From a virus, in IMG/VR virus record IMGVR_UViG_3300032053_000019, positions 1 through 64,000 of that record: a stretch of DNA of 64,000 nucleotides; one strand, given 5' to 3'. This document shows, piece after piece, positions 9,343-20,101 of this stretch. How positions within the stretch are numbered: position 1 is the stretch's first letter; every line of letters starts with the position of its first letter. Below the pieces are notes generated by a model. It did not search any database and was not told the origin of the DNA. It saw only the letters and a program-made list of their open reading frames with translations. Position numbers and translations under genes: made by a program.

Positions 9343-9771
9343 ATGTCTTTGAATAGGCGAAGTGTTTTAAGCAACCTTGCGTCCATCCTTGCTACCACCT
9401 CTGGGATTGCCACAGTGGTTCGAACCTACAGGGATATTGACATAACGAAGTATGCCTCTGCTGGACTTCCTTTGCTTGAACTTCAGGAACCAGAGGAGGC
9501 GCCTGATGAGGAGATGACTTCCATGATGCAGATCGCCTTCCTCGATATGAAGGCCAGGGTTTGGTTCATCACTTGGGGTGAGACCCCGACTTCAACCTAT
9601 GAGGCTCTGGTGCAGGCAATTCGGAATAAGATCGGAGCAAACTTTCGCCTCAATGAAACCGCTACCGGTTGTTGGGTGATCAATGTTACTAAGGTGGAGG
9701 GCGAAATGCCGCTCTTTCACTTTGATATATCGTTACGTCTTAAGTATTATCTGGATTTGAAAAATGCGTAA
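9343..9771 (+). CDS. Second putative tail terminator-like protein
   Basis: ATG at 9343 after AAGGAG; layout similar to the preceding gene. Confidence 0.5.
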   Translation: MSLNRRSVLSNLASILATTSGIATVVRTYRDIDITKYASAGLPLLELQEPEEAPDEEMTSMMQIAFLDMKARVWFITWGETPTSTYEALVQAIRNKIGANFRLNETATGCWVINVTKVEGEMPLFHFDISLRLKYYLDLKNA

Positions 9772-9825
9772 GACAGAAATCTTTGAGGCAAGAACCTCCG
9801 AGATGATTAACTAAGGAGATAGACT

Positions 9826-10989
9826 ATGAATTGTGCAAGTGATTTAGCTTATGCGAATCAGGAAGAGGCCTATGCCATCCTTGAGACTAGTTGCGGAACG
9901 CTCAAGAAACCCACTACCGCCGATCGGATCTACACAGTTGGTCCGGTTGACTTTGGCCAGGAGCGAGAACTCTTGGAAGATATGCAGATCCGAGCCTCGG
10001 CATCACAGCTTCCTTCCATCCGGGCGAGACTTCTTACCGGAGACTTTAGCTTCACTACCTACGTGAAGCCTTCTGGTGTATTGGGTACTGCTCCTGAGCA
10101 CGCCAAGTTGTTTCGGTGCCTTATGGGCCTTGAAACACCCGATCCGGGAGTCAAGGTTGAGTACACTTTGCAGGATCAGTTGGACTCACTTTCCTTCTGG
10201 TGCAAGAAGGGACACACCGTCTTTGCCATGCGTGGTGCGACGATCGAGAGTGCGGAGTTCACGATTGCAGGCGATGCCATTGCTTCGATCCGGTGGTCGG
10301 GCAAGTTTATGGAACGCCTGTGGGCTGGCGAGACGCCTGCCTCGGATACCTGCGGAATTGGTAAGACGACTATCCAACTTCCTTCAAAGGGAGCCCAGAG
10401 ATACGTCGTTGGTATGTATGTGACGGTAGGCACTGATCACAATACCCAGGCTGGATATCTGTTGACCGGAGTCAACTACACAAACGACACCATTACGATC
10501 AGCCCCTCGCTGGTCACCAACCAGGGTGTCAATCCTACCATCTATCCGTTCTGGCCCGTCTCGACTGCTGAGGTGGGTGTCCCGGAGCATGGTAAACTGG
10601 GCATCGTCACAATCACGGGGCAGAATGCCATCGTGACGCAGGCTGTCTTGACGTTGACCAACAACATCAAGTACTATGACAATGAGAAGAACGATGCCTG
10701 GACGGCCGAGCGTTTCGGTCGGCCTGGGAAGAGACTTGCGGAAGGAACTCTCACAGTTTTCTTCCTCAAGCAGGGACCTAGCTATTTCTATCGGTCCGAC
10801 TATCGGATCACGGACGCCTTGATTATCCCTGTCGGCAATGTTGCTGGCAAGATCATGGAGATCAGCATTCCGTACGCCGAGTACAAAGCCCCGAAGATCA
10901 CTGGGACGGAAGAGTTCCAGCAGGAGATCGGGTTCAAGGCGGTCGCCTCGGCCACTTTGAATGACGAGATGAAGGTGACGTTTAAGTAA
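9826..10989 (+). CDS. Major tail tube protein
   Basis: 387 aa, beta-rich, strong RBS, directly upstream of the chaperone and tape measure genes. Confidence 0.7.
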   Translation: MNCASDLAYANQEEAYAILETSCGTLKKPTTADRIYTVGPVDFGQERELLEDMQIRASASQLPSIRARLLTGDFSFTTYVKPSGVLGTAPEHAKLFRCLMGLETPDPGVKVEYTLQDQLDSLSFWCKKGHTVFAMRGATIESAEFTIAGDAIASIRWSGKFMERLWAGETPASDTCGIGKTTIQLPSKGAQRYVVGMYVTVGTDHNTQAGYLLTGVNYTNDTITISPSLVTNQGVNPTIYPFWPVSTAEVGVPEHGKLGIVTITGQNAIVTQAVLTLTNNIKYYDNEKNDAWTAERFGRPGKRLAEGTLTVFFLKQGPSYFYRSDYRITDALIIPVGNVAGKIMEISIPYAEYKAPKITGTEEFQQEIGFKAVASATLNDEMKVTFK

Positions 10990-11003
10990 GGAGAAAAAGG
11001 ATG

Positions 11004-11037
11004 GGAGGGGTCTGTGCGCTTTCCGACGGACCTCTCC
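11004..11037 (+). terminator. Stem-loop after the tail tube gene
   Basis: ggaggggtctgt ... acggacctctcc inverted repeat with G-U pairs. Confidence 0.5.
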
Positions 11038-11068
11038 TCTCCTATCAATTTTACAAAGGAGTTTGATC

Positions 11069-11551
11069 ATGTCAGATGAAAAAAGAGCAACGGTTCAGGA
11101 GCTGATCTCAGCTATCCAGAAAGCCGGTAAGGCAGAGAAGGTAGTTGAGTTTCAGTACCCTTATGTCCCCAACGTGTTCCTCAGGATTTCCTATGCGTCA
11201 AAGCAACTCTTGAAGATGATCACCGAAGAGGCAAAGGAAAGTTTTTACAATGTTCAGACCAGACAGCAGGAAGATCGCCTCAACGATGAGAAGTTCAATC
11301 GTGCCGCCGCCCGAGAGTTACTCAAGGGATGGCGAGGCCTTACGATCAATGGGCTCAAGACTATCCTGGCTGGGCGTGGGGAGATCGTGGGTGATCCTGA
11401 GCAGGAAGTTACGTTCGACGAAGAGTTGGCCTTTACGATCATGGATGCGTCTCTGGAACTCCAGGCGTGGGTGATCAATGTGGCAACTAACGTAACCAAC
11501 TTTGCCAAGGTTGCCGAACGAAAAGCGGACGAACTAAAAAACTTGGCGTAG
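11069..11551 (+). CDS. Tail assembly chaperone (gpG-like)
   Basis: Between tube and tape measure; LLKGWRGL motif; ends at a slippery site. Confidence 0.75.
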   Translation: MSDEKRATVQELISAIQKAGKAEKVVEFQYPYVPNVFLRISYASKQLLKMITEEAKESFYNVQTRQQEDRLNDEKFNRAAARELLKGWRGLTINGLKTILAGRGEIVGDPEQEVTFDEELAFTIMDASLELQAWVINVATNVTNFAKVAERKADELKNLA

Positions 11552-11916
11552 TTGCGGAGTGGCTGGCCAGAGATGCGAAAACTAAAAAAGATTGTAAGAC
11601 CTGCAGGCAATTGCGGGATGCTAGTTCATTTCTGGCCGGCGCACAAGTCCACATTGAAGGACTTGGTGATTGCACCACTTGTGAGATTACTCTCGCGCAA
11701 CCGAACGCCGACAATGAGATCATCCTTGAACTTTGGGATAGTCTACCAAAGAATTATGATGGATGGTCTGGCAACCTGGTAATTGGTGTGGATGATGTGA
11801 TGAAGATGTTTGAACTCTTGGATATACCGAAACGGTACTGGGATGACTACTATCTTCGTCTCGTCCACTTTCAAGAGGAACTGCTCCGCAACCGGAGAGA
11901 GAACGTGAAGAAGTAG
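11536..11916 (+). CDS. Tail assembly chaperone -1 frameshift extension (gpGT-like)
   Basis: A AAA AAC heptamer at 11536-11542; -1 frame is open to the stop at 11916. Confidence 0.75.
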   Translation, partial: KKLGVVAEWLARDAKTKKDCKTCRQLRDASSFLAGAQVHIEGLGDCTTCEITLAQPNADNEIILELWDSLPKNYDGWSGNLVIGVDDVMKMFELLDIPKRYWDDYYLRLVHFQEELLRNRRENVKK

Positions 11917-11986
11917 AGCATCGGGCAACCGCCTCCTCTAGAAAGAGGTGGGCTGATCAAGTGCACGCCCGCAGTTGAGGTAGACA

Positions 11987-14900
11987 GTGGCCGCCAAAAA
12001 GGATATCTTGGTCGTTCTGGAGTTCGACGATAAGGGCTCTTACAAGATCAAGAAAACGATCGGTGATGTCAGCACCATTCTGGCGAAGGCTGGAACCGAG
12101 GCAGGCAAGGCCGGTCAGGGATTTACCAAACTTAAGACGGATGCGACCGCCGCCGCCGGAGGTATGGATAAGCTAAAAGGCTCCTTCAAGTCCGGCATGC
12201 TTCAGATGGCCGCCGGTCTTGGATTGTGGACCGGTATGTCAAGTGTCCTTAGGGCACTCACCACCAACCTTAAAGATGTCGTTACTAAGGGACGCGAGTT
12301 TGACACTTCCTTTTCAAAAGTTTCGATCATGTTGAAGGGAACTGCCGAGGAGTCTGAGAAAGTCAAGATGTCTCTACTTCGTATGTCCCCTGCTTTAGGT
12401 TCTTCAGCTGAGAATGCCAGGACCTTGGGAATGTCCCTTCGAGAGTTTGCTGAGATACCTATTGCTGAGCACTTCAAGATGGTTGAGCAGGCGGCTATAC
12501 TTGCTACTTCTGCCTATACCACAAATGAGATCGCCATGGAGGCCTTAACCAGTGTGATCAAAGGTTTCCATTTGGAAACATCTCAGGCGTCCCAGGTTAG
12601 TGATGTCATGACTAAGGCCACGCAGTTGGAAAATGTCTCGTTTGAGGAGATCACCAAGACGATCCTCAAGTTGAGTTCAACCGCTTATCAAGCCGGTGTT
12701 GGTTTGGATGAACTCGTGGCGACCTTCCTTACCTTGACTCACACAGGAGTTGACTCTCAGACAGCCATGATGCAATTGAGGATGCTACTTCAAGGGATAA
12801 TGAAACCATCGGCCGGAGCAACCGCTGAAGCCAGGAAACTTGGACTCGAGTGGGGAGTTGCCGGAGTCAAGGCCCAGGGGTTCAGCAAGTGGCTATCCGA
12901 ACTCGGTCGGGTTACTCAGGGCAACTCGGCGATCCTTGACAATTTGTTTCAAGGTGGGCGTACTCTGGTTGGCGTGATCAACCTTGCCTCCACCGCCTCT
13001 AAGGAACTGACTAGTAACATTGGTGATCTCAGTACAGCCTTCAATGGTGGTAATGATGCTCAACGAGTCTTCCTTGAGCGCATGAAGACAGTCAACTTCT
13101 GGTTGAAAATGGCTGGTGAGTTATTCAATAAATTGAAAGTGGCAATCTGGGAAGGATTCACTGGTTCAATTACCAAGGGTGCTGGGTCTGCTGAGGAGAT
13201 GAAGAAGCGAATTGACGCATTGACTCAGAGTGTAATTACCACTGGACTTAGCATCGGTAAGGCAATTGGTGATGCGATCAAGTTCATAGTCAAGTTCAAG
13301 GATGAGTTGGTTCTGTTGTTTAAGGTCTGGTTGGCCTTTACTGTTGCCTCCAAGGCGGTCTCTTTCGGAAGACTATTGATGGCCGGGATAGAAACTGGAC
13401 TCACTACCATGCCCCGCCTTGCCGGAGCGATGAGTGGCATCACTGCCGCCTTGGGCACAGCAGTCGCCGCGTTAGCCGCCTTCGCCGCAGGTTGGAAGAT
13501 TGGTGAATGGCTTAGTGATGTGACCGGTCTGAAGAAAAAGATTCTCGAGATCGGTGACTGGGGAGCCGGAGCCGAGAATACGAAGCAACTAAAAGCCATG
13601 ACTGATCTAAAAGCCGCACTCCGGGATACTGGTGAGAGTGCTATTCAACTAAAGATCAAGTACGGTTCCTATAGTGCGGCACTAGAGGCAGTTAACAACG
13701 GGACTGAGAAATTGATCAAGGCAAAGGTGGAGGAGAAGAAGGCCTTAAGTGAGTCTTCCCAGGCGGCGGCAACTGCGGCAGAAGCCGAAACCAATCGCCT
13801 AGCTGGTTTGCGTGAGATGCTGAAGGGTTATGGTTACACTCTGAAGACAGAAGTTCAGGATCGTTATGACACACTAAAGCAGGGTCTTGCGGACTTCGGC
13901 GACCAGATGACCAAGATTGACTACGATCGTATGAAGAAAGAACTAAGGGAACTGGGCGCTGTATTAGGAAAGAATAGTCAAGCTCTCCTGAATCTCGGCA
14001 TACTGACCAAGACGGAAGTCTCCGTCGAAGTCATCAAGATTACAAAGGACTTCTGGGATCTGAAAAAGGAAATGGAAGCCGGCAACATCACTTGGGCAAA
14101 CTATCAAGCAGGAATTGATGCGATCAATGAGGCGTTGAAGAAATTAGATCCTACTCTTACTGCCACGCTAAACAATATGACCAAGGTGGCCGAAACTCCG
14201 CTTCCTTCGCCAAAGAAATGGAATCTTGAGGCCCCAGGACTTATGACTGAGGAACAGATGATGGGTCCTGCGGTTCAGTATCCCACTCCTCCTCCTCGAT
14301 ACTTTTCAGGATTTATGGACGAGAAGGCCGCTCTACTTGGAATACAAAGGGCAACTCAGTATAAATACAAACTCGTTGAAGTTGAGGAAGCCTATCGTTC
14401 ACTAAAGGCAACTGCCGACATCACTCACCAGGATGAAGTTACGGCGGTGACCATGATCGCCGATCTTTATCATCAGTTGGGTTTGACGGTTCCTAAGGAG
14501 TATCAGAAGATCATTGACAAGGCCGCAGAAGCCGCAAAGGGAATGAGTAGTGATATGATCAAAGGTTTCTCAGCTTTAGGCACTGCCTTGCAGGTCTTTG
14601 GTGACACTGCTGGCGAAAAGTTGAAACCACTAGTGACAGCGGCCGCCTCTGTTGCCGGACAGATAGCTTCCAGTTTGACCAGACAGTTTAATGAGATGGG
14701 TGGTAAAGGAAAGATGGACTTCAAGAATTTGAAGAAAGCCTTTAAGGAATTGAGTGGTGAACTGGCCGGTGCGTTGGGCGCCGCCTTGGGTGGATTGATT
14801 GGTGGAGGTGGAGCGAATACTTACGGAGGCATCGGAGCCGCGTTAGGTGGTGCTCTCGGTTCCATCCTCCCTGGTGTTGGTAATGTGATCGGATCGCTTG

Positions 14901-16459
14901 TTGGTGGACTCTTTGGTGGGTTGTTCAAGAAAAAGAAAACTGCCGAACAAAAGGCCGCCGAGGAACTGAAGAAGCAAGTTGACTCCGTGACCAAGTCGTA
15001 TAAGAGTTTGGGAGACATTACTGAGGCCACAGCGAAAAAGATTATTGATCTAACCAAGCAGTATAACAAACAAACCGCTACGATCATGACATTGACTGAT
15101 GTGATGAACGACGCCGGAATCTCAATGAAGAACCTTCAGGGTTATGTTACGAAGATGACTCAGGCACTCCGGGATATGGCAAGCGGAACAGTTGATGTAC
15201 AGAAGGGGATGGATGCAATAGGTTCAGCTTTCAACGCCTTGATCACCTGGGCACAAAAGTTTGATAAGGAGGGATCTAAGGCATTGGTCTCTTTCATGCA
15301 GTATCTCAGGAAGATCGGAGTAAGTATTGCTGAAGTGGATGACTATGTCTTTGGAGCCCTTGAGAAAGGTGCTGGTGGACTGAAGTCTATGGTTGAGTCG
15401 GTCGGCGGTTCAGGTTATAAGCAGTTGATCACCTATCGTGATGAGATAAAGACTTTGGGCGAAGAAGTTGATAAGTTGTCCATGTCTAAGATCTCTGAGC
15501 GGGCCGCCCAGCGTGAGTACCTCCAGAAAAAGGCCCAGTTGGAAGAGTTGCGGAAAAAGTATGACGATCTGAAAACTTCTCTGGCTTCTGGACTTGCTCC
15601 AGAGTTGGAGAGAGTTGGGCGCCTGACTGTGGCGATGTTTAGTTCGTTTATTCAGCAAGGTAAAAGTATGTCTGAAACCTTTGCTCTGATGGGGGACTCA
15701 CTGGTTGCACTTCGTGACAAATATACTGAGTTAGGTCTTACTGGTGGAGCCGCCATTGAGGATCTTTTCAAATTGGTTGATATACAAAAAGCGAATGAGG
15801 GATTGTTTGAGGGGCTTGAAGGAACAAGACAACTACTTAAGGCACTTGGTGATACTGGCTTCCTGACCGCCGAATCTCTGGCTGATCTTTCTACACAGGC
15901 TACCGGATATTATGACAAACTGATCTCGGCCGGATTAGATCCTAAACAAGCAATGGCGATGGTCTCTCCGACCCTATCTGATCTAGCTTATTATGCTGAA
16001 CAATATGGACTAAAACTTGATGCCGGAACGGAGATGTTAATTGCACAAGCAAAGTTGGCCGGTACTTGGAAAGATAGAGGCAAGGATATTAATGTAATAC
16101 TTGAGGAAGGGTTTAGTGATCTTATTGGTCGTGCTGATCGCCTCATCAAACTTGGTGAAGAGTCTCATGAGGATCGAAGGGGTAGAGAGACCTATGCTCA
16201 GCATGGGTTTGAGGGTACGGTGACAGGACCAAGAACATTCTATGTTGAACCTGGAGTGACCGAGGCGGTGAGGATCGGAAGACCGGGCAAGGTAGAGAGT
16301 GATGGATCCCAAGTTACCGTGATTGAAAAGAATGTGACCTTTGAACCGGTGATCATTCCTTTCAAGCATCTTCAGTCGTTAGTGATTGAGTGGGTTCAAA
16401 AGGCCAGTGCTGATGAACGAATCTTGGTACGGCCTCGGGCGGTTAGAGGGAGAGGATAA
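11987..16459 (+). CDS. Tail tape measure protein
   Basis: 1490 aa, Ala/Gly-rich and helical, TP901-type core, follows the chaperone. Confidence 0.9.
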   Translation: MAAKKDILVVLEFDDKGSYKIKKTIGDVSTILAKAGTEAGKAGQGFTKLKTDATAAAGGMDKLKGSFKSGMLQMAAGLGLWTGMSSVLRALTTNLKDVVTKGREFDTSFSKVSIMLKGTAEESEKVKMSLLRMSPALGSSAENARTLGMSLREFAEIPIAEHFKMVEQAAILATSAYTTNEIAMEALTSVIKGFHLETSQASQVSDVMTKATQLENVSFEEITKTILKLSSTAYQAGVGLDELVATFLTLTHTGVDSQTAMMQLRMLLQGIMKPSAGATAEARKLGLEWGVAGVKAQGFSKWLSELGRVTQGNSAILDNLFQGGRTLVGVINLASTASKELTSNIGDLSTAFNGGNDAQRVFLERMKTVNFWLKMAGELFNKLKVAIWEGFTGSITKGAGSAEEMKKRIDALTQSVITTGLSIGKAIGDAIKFIVKFKDELVLLFKVWLAFTVASKAVSFGRLLMAGIETGLTTMPRLAGAMSGITAALGTAVAALAAFAAGWKIGEWLSDVTGLKKKILEIGDWGAGAENTKQLKAMTDLKAALRDTGESAIQLKIKYGSYSAALEAVNNGTEKLIKAKVEEKKALSESSQAAATAAEAETNRLAGLREMLKGYGYTLKTEVQDRYDTLKQGLADFGDQMTKIDYDRMKKELRELGAVLGKNSQALLNLGILTKTEVSVEVIKITKDFWDLKKEMEAGNITWANYQAGIDAINEALKKLDPTLTATLNNMTKVAETPLPSPKKWNLEAPGLMTEEQMMGPAVQYPTPPPRYFSGFMDEKAALLGIQRATQYKYKLVEVEEAYRSLKATADITHQDEVTAVTMIADLYHQLGLTVPKEYQKIIDKAAEAAKGMSSDMIKGFSALGTALQVFGDTAGEKLKPLVTAAASVAGQIASSLTRQFNEMGGKGKMDFKNLKKAFKELSGELAGALGAALGGLIGGGGANTYGGIGAALGGALGSILPGVGNVIGSLVGGLFGGLFKKKKTAEQKAAEELKKQVDSVTKSYKSLGDITEATAKKIIDLTKQYNKQTATIMTLTDVMNDAGISMKNLQGYVTKMTQALRDMASGTVDVQKGMDAIGSAFNALITWAQKFDKEGSKALVSFMQYLRKIGVSIAEVDDYVFGALEKGAGGLKSMVESVGGSGYKQLITYRDEIKTLGEEVDKLSMSKISERAAQREYLQKKAQLEELRKKYDDLKTSLASGLAPELERVGRLTVAMFSSFIQQGKSMSETFALMGDSLVALRDKYTELGLTGGAAIEDLFKLVDIQKANEGLFEGLEGTRQLLKALGDTGFLTAESLADLSTQATGYYDKLISAGLDPKQAMAMVSPTLSDLAYYAEQYGLKLDAGTEMLIAQAKLAGTWKDRGKDINVILEEGFSDLIGRADRLIKLGEESHEDRRGRETYAQHGFEGTVTGPRTFYVEPGVTEAVRIGRPGKVESDGSQVTVIEKNVTFEPVIIPFKHLQSLVIEWVQKASADERILVRPRAVRGRG

Positions 16460-17223
16460 TGACCAACTGCACATTTATGTATAGTAACAAGTGGGATCTC
16501 GCCACGCTGACTCCTAGTACGGAGAACCCCCTCTTCCCAGCGATCAATACCCAGCATCGGTGGCACACTAGAACCTGGAGAAGTATTGACAACACCGGTA
16601 CGTTGACGGAGTCCATTGTAGCCGACTTTGGCACCTCTCCTCCAGCGATACAAGCCTTCGCTATAAAAAAGCATAACTTCTCACCTTCGGCGGTGGTTAG
16701 CATTCAAGCCGATGATGATCCTGCTTTCGGGAGCCTGTCCATTGATGTTATCGTTCCAGTTGCCGAACTCATGGCTTACTTTTGGTCGGCACCACAAACT
16801 CCCTATCAATACTGGCGGGTGCTGATCGTTGATATCGCACCGGTAGCGGCCTACTTGGAGATCGGACGGATCTTCCTTGGTCCCTACCTCAGTCCGTCAA
16901 TTAATATGTCCATTGATTATAAAAAGTCGACCGAGGATCCGTCGGACGTGATGTTTTCCTCTGGTGGGCAGATCGTTACCAATCAGAAAACTCGCTACCG
17001 CACTATGGACATGAAGTTCGAAAATCTGCCCGCGGTCGATGCTGACAACTTTGATGCGATGTTTCTAGATCGTGGTATCGGACGAGAATTCTTTTTCACT
17101 CGAGACCGGGATCTCCCTTCCACCACGACCTGGTATGTCCGGTTTTCATCCAAACCCACCATTGAGCATGTCTTCGGAGAGGTATACTTCAATGCTTCCT
17201 GTTCGATTGAGGAGTTAAGATAG
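16459..17223 (+). CDS. Putative distal tail protein
   Basis: Immediately after the tape measure; YQYWRV, LEIGRIFLG motifs. Confidence 0.6.
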   Translation: MTNCTFMYSNKWDLATLTPSTENPLFPAINTQHRWHTRTWRSIDNTGTLTESIVADFGTSPPAIQAFAIKKHNFSPSAVVSIQADDDPAFGSLSIDVIVPVAELMAYFWSAPQTPYQYWRVLIVDIAPVAAYLEIGRIFLGPYLSPSINMSIDYKKSTEDPSDVMFSSGGQIVTNQKTRYRTMDMKFENLPAVDADNFDAMFLDRGIGREFFFTRDRDLPSTTTWYVRFSSKPTIEHVFGEVYFNASCSIEELR

Positions 17224-19769
17224 TGAACTTCGAGCAACTGATTGCCAAGACCGATTCATGGAAGGTCTTTCTCGCTGAGATTGAACCGTGCCACGAAGTT
17301 GAGTCTTTGACATGGACACCGGACGGTGTCTACACAAACCTCTGGTGGGCCGCCTATTCATATGGTGTTGTCTCTCGAGTAACTCAAGATGGAGTTGAAT
17401 ATACGGAAGCCTACTCCCTTCAAGAGGCAGACGACAACGCCGAGTATTTTTATTATGACTTGGCTAATCAAAAACTTTATCTGCATACGACTGACACTGA
17501 CGACCCCGGAACTCAAACAGCCCCTCCATTGTATGACTACGTGATCCTAGCCTTTTTCTGGAGATACTTCTCCAACACTCAGTATGGTGATAGTGAGATA
17601 GTCCTTCCTCGTATTACCCAAGCATTGAAAGACGGAGGGTTTGAGCAGTGGACTTCAGCAACCGTACCAGTAGAATGGACAAAGACAGAGACAGGAACCT
17701 CAACAGTCAATAGGGAGCAGACAGAAGCCTACGATGGTGCGTTCTGCTTGAGGCTAGACGTTGATGCGGGCAACTCAGTAGTTGATGTCCACCAACATAT
17801 TCGTTTGGTCCCTGGAACCGTTTGCAAGATTAAGTTCCGGTTTAAACAAACTGGAGCGGCAACATCCGCAGTTCAGATTAAGGATGCAGGCGGAAATGTT
17901 TATCTGCAATCGGATGGTACCTGGGATGCGGGAGTGTCAACGATTGCTATGGTACACCAGGATGAGTGGACGGAATATGAACTATCCTTTACTGCCCATG
18001 CTTCATATAGTGACTATATCATTGACTTTGTTAGTGACGCCTCAGCATCCGAGTCCCTGTACTTCGATAAAGCAAGTTTGATTATTGAACGAGAGGCAAA
18101 CCCGTATCTTCCTTATATCACTACAGCAGGAATGCCCGAACTCCACCAGTCGGTTTCACCCTTCCATGAGAGCGCGATGACAATGGAGTTTGGTTCACTG
18201 CAGTTCTTGAATGATGGTTGGTGGTATGGACAGATGCAAAGTTACTACTGGAATCTCAAGGATGTGGTAATTCGATTCGGTGCCAAGGACTTCACTTATG
18301 ATCAATACGAGGATGTCTTCCATGGTTTGGCAAGATATCCGAAAGCGAGTGATGTCATTGTCTCCGTTGATGTGATTGATCATAAGGCGTTTACCTATAA
18401 GAACGTTCCCCTCACGACCTATGAAGTAACTACCTATCCCAATCTTGAGGATGGTGCTGAGGGCTCGTCCATTCCGATCATCTATGGTGAGTTTGAGGAA
18501 GTGGTGGCAACCCTGGTTGATGCCACAACCTATCGGTTCAAGTTAGCCTGCCATGCACTAGAGGCAATCGTTGACGTTTGGAAAAATGGTCAATTGCTGG
18601 CCACTCCGGCTGACTACTCAGTTGACCTTCCCAATGGGGAGTTCACTCTAGTTGCCAATCCTGGACTAGCTTTTGTTACTGCCCATGTCAAGGGCAGGAA
18701 GTGCGGTATTCTTGATGGTGCCTATTCCGAGAACGTTGCCGATATCTTATATGATTTATTGACCACCTATGCTGGAGTAGCGGTGGAGGATGTTGATCTG
18801 AAGTCGTTTCTTGATCTAAAAAATGGCCGTTCACAAAAGCATCAACTCTATCTAGATACCTCTCTTCCTGCTCTCGAAAGCGTTCGTACTCTACAGGTGT
18901 CTGCACTGTTCCATCTATCCCCTCTACTTAATGGACAACTAGGCGCGTTCCGATATTACGAAGGAACGGATAGTGATACTCCAGTGGTGGTAGATGAGGA
19001 TATTGAGGACTTCGGTTTGGAGTTTGATACCGAGGGTGTTTACAAAACCATTCAGATTAATTATGGTTTCTTACCCAGTGAGAATCATTACTCTAGTATT
19101 GAGATCGTTTCGGAAAAAACTGATTGGAAGCATAAGAATAAGTTAACTCTTCCTTTAACAACTTCACTCCGCCTCCAGGCAGATGCCGGAGAGTTGGGGG
19201 CTTATTACGTCGGCGTTTTACAAGATCCTTTGAAAAAGGTTACTGGTATACTTCCCTCTAAAATGTTTTCTTCTTTCCCCGGGAGTAAGGTGATCATCAC
19301 AAAGACACGATTGCTTTCCGATGGGACAGTTTACTCCGTTCTGGCTTCCGAACCGTACAGATTGCTAGACCTTAAAAAGTCCATGCAGTCAGGAAAGGTT
19401 GGAGTCATTGCTTGGGAAGATTTACAATCGTCGGGCGGTGGGTTTTGTGAGGTGTGTTATCACTGCCAAGTTTGTAATACGGTGCAGTCTGGTGCTTGTA
19501 CAAGTTGTTATGCCTGCCAACTTTGTGTCTCTGGTCAATGTGCGACTTGTCAAACCTGCTATTACTGCCAGGCGTGTGTCTCGGGACAATGTACCACTTG
19601 TCAGATTTGTAACACATGTCAGTCATGTGATGCTTGTCAAGGTGGTCAGTGTGGAATTTGTGTAACTTGTCAACAGTGTGTCACTGGTGAGTGTACTACT
19701 TGTATGCATTGTGATAGCTGTCAAAAATGTGATAGCTGTCAAAAATGCTACGGAGGAATTTTACCATAA
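17223..19769 (+). CDS. Tail tip/hub protein with a carbohydrate-binding-like insert and a C-terminal 30-Cys repeat
   Basis: IPIIYG hub-like motif; DGGFE...YFD CBM-like segment; CxxCxxC repeats in the last ~105 aa. Confidence 0.7.
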   Translation: MNFEQLIAKTDSWKVFLAEIEPCHEVESLTWTPDGVYTNLWWAAYSYGVVSRVTQDGVEYTEAYSLQEADDNAEYFYYDLANQKLYLHTTDTDDPGTQTAPPLYDYVILAFFWRYFSNTQYGDSEIVLPRITQALKDGGFEQWTSATVPVEWTKTETGTSTVNREQTEAYDGAFCLRLDVDAGNSVVDVHQHIRLVPGTVCKIKFRFKQTGAATSAVQIKDAGGNVYLQSDGTWDAGVSTIAMVHQDEWTEYELSFTAHASYSDYIIDFVSDASASESLYFDKASLIIEREANPYLPYITTAGMPELHQSVSPFHESAMTMEFGSLQFLNDGWWYGQMQSYYWNLKDVVIRFGAKDFTYDQYEDVFHGLARYPKASDVIVSVDVIDHKAFTYKNVPLTTYEVTTYPNLEDGAEGSSIPIIYGEFEEVVATLVDATTYRFKLACHALEAIVDVWKNGQLLATPADYSVDLPNGEFTLVANPGLAFVTAHVKGRKCGILDGAYSENVADILYDLLTTYAGVAVEDVDLKSFLDLKNGRSQKHQLYLDTSLPALESVRTLQVSALFHLSPLLNGQLGAFRYYEGTDSDTPVVVDEDIEDFGLEFDTEGVYKTIQINYGFLPSENHYSSIEIVSEKTDWKHKNKLTLPLTTSLRLQADAGELGAYYVGVLQDPLKKVTGILPSKMFSSFPGSKVIITKTRLLSDGTVYSVLASEPYRLLDLKKSMQSGKVGVIAWEDLQSSGGGFCEVCYHCQVCNTVQSGACTSCYACQLCVSGQCATCQTCYYCQACVSGQCTTCQICNTCQSCDACQGGQCGICVTCQQCVTGECTTCMHCDSCQKCDSCQKCYGGILP

Positions 19770-20092
19770 TGGCTTGCCCAACATGTCAGAGTTGTGATGC
19801 CTGTCAGGCATGTTTTGCCGCCGTATGCGGAAGTTGTCAGGTTTGTGTGGCATGTCAAGCCGCCTGCTATATAGGACAGTGTGGTACTTGTGAACTTTGT
19901 AATACCTGTCAAGCCGCCTGCTATACAGGGCAGTGTCCCACTTGTCAGTTATGCGATTCGTGTCAAAGTTGTTATACGGCTCAGTGTTCGACGTGTCAGA
20001 TTTGTAATACATGCCAGTCGGCGTGTTATTCAGGGGAGTGTCCCACTTGTCAGATTTGTAATAATTGTCAGTTATGTGTTACGTACCAATAG
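19769..20092 (+). CDS. Cys-rich repeat peptide (107 aa, 6 x 5 Cys), putative radical SAM substrate
   Basis: GGAGG RBS and TAATG coupling; C-x2-C-x2-C-x2-C-x2/3-C-x4 repeated six times. Confidence 0.8.
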   Translation: MACPTCQSCDACQACFAAVCGSCQVCVACQAACYIGQCGTCELCNTCQAACYTGQCPTCQLCDSCQSCYTAQCSTCQICNTCQSACYSGECPTCQICNNCQLCVTYQ

Positions 20093-20101
20093 GAGTAAAC
20101 T

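Noticed and set aside
19445-20092. Multiheme cytochrome c
   Set aside because: No CxxCH motifs; His occurs only as CYHC and CMHC.
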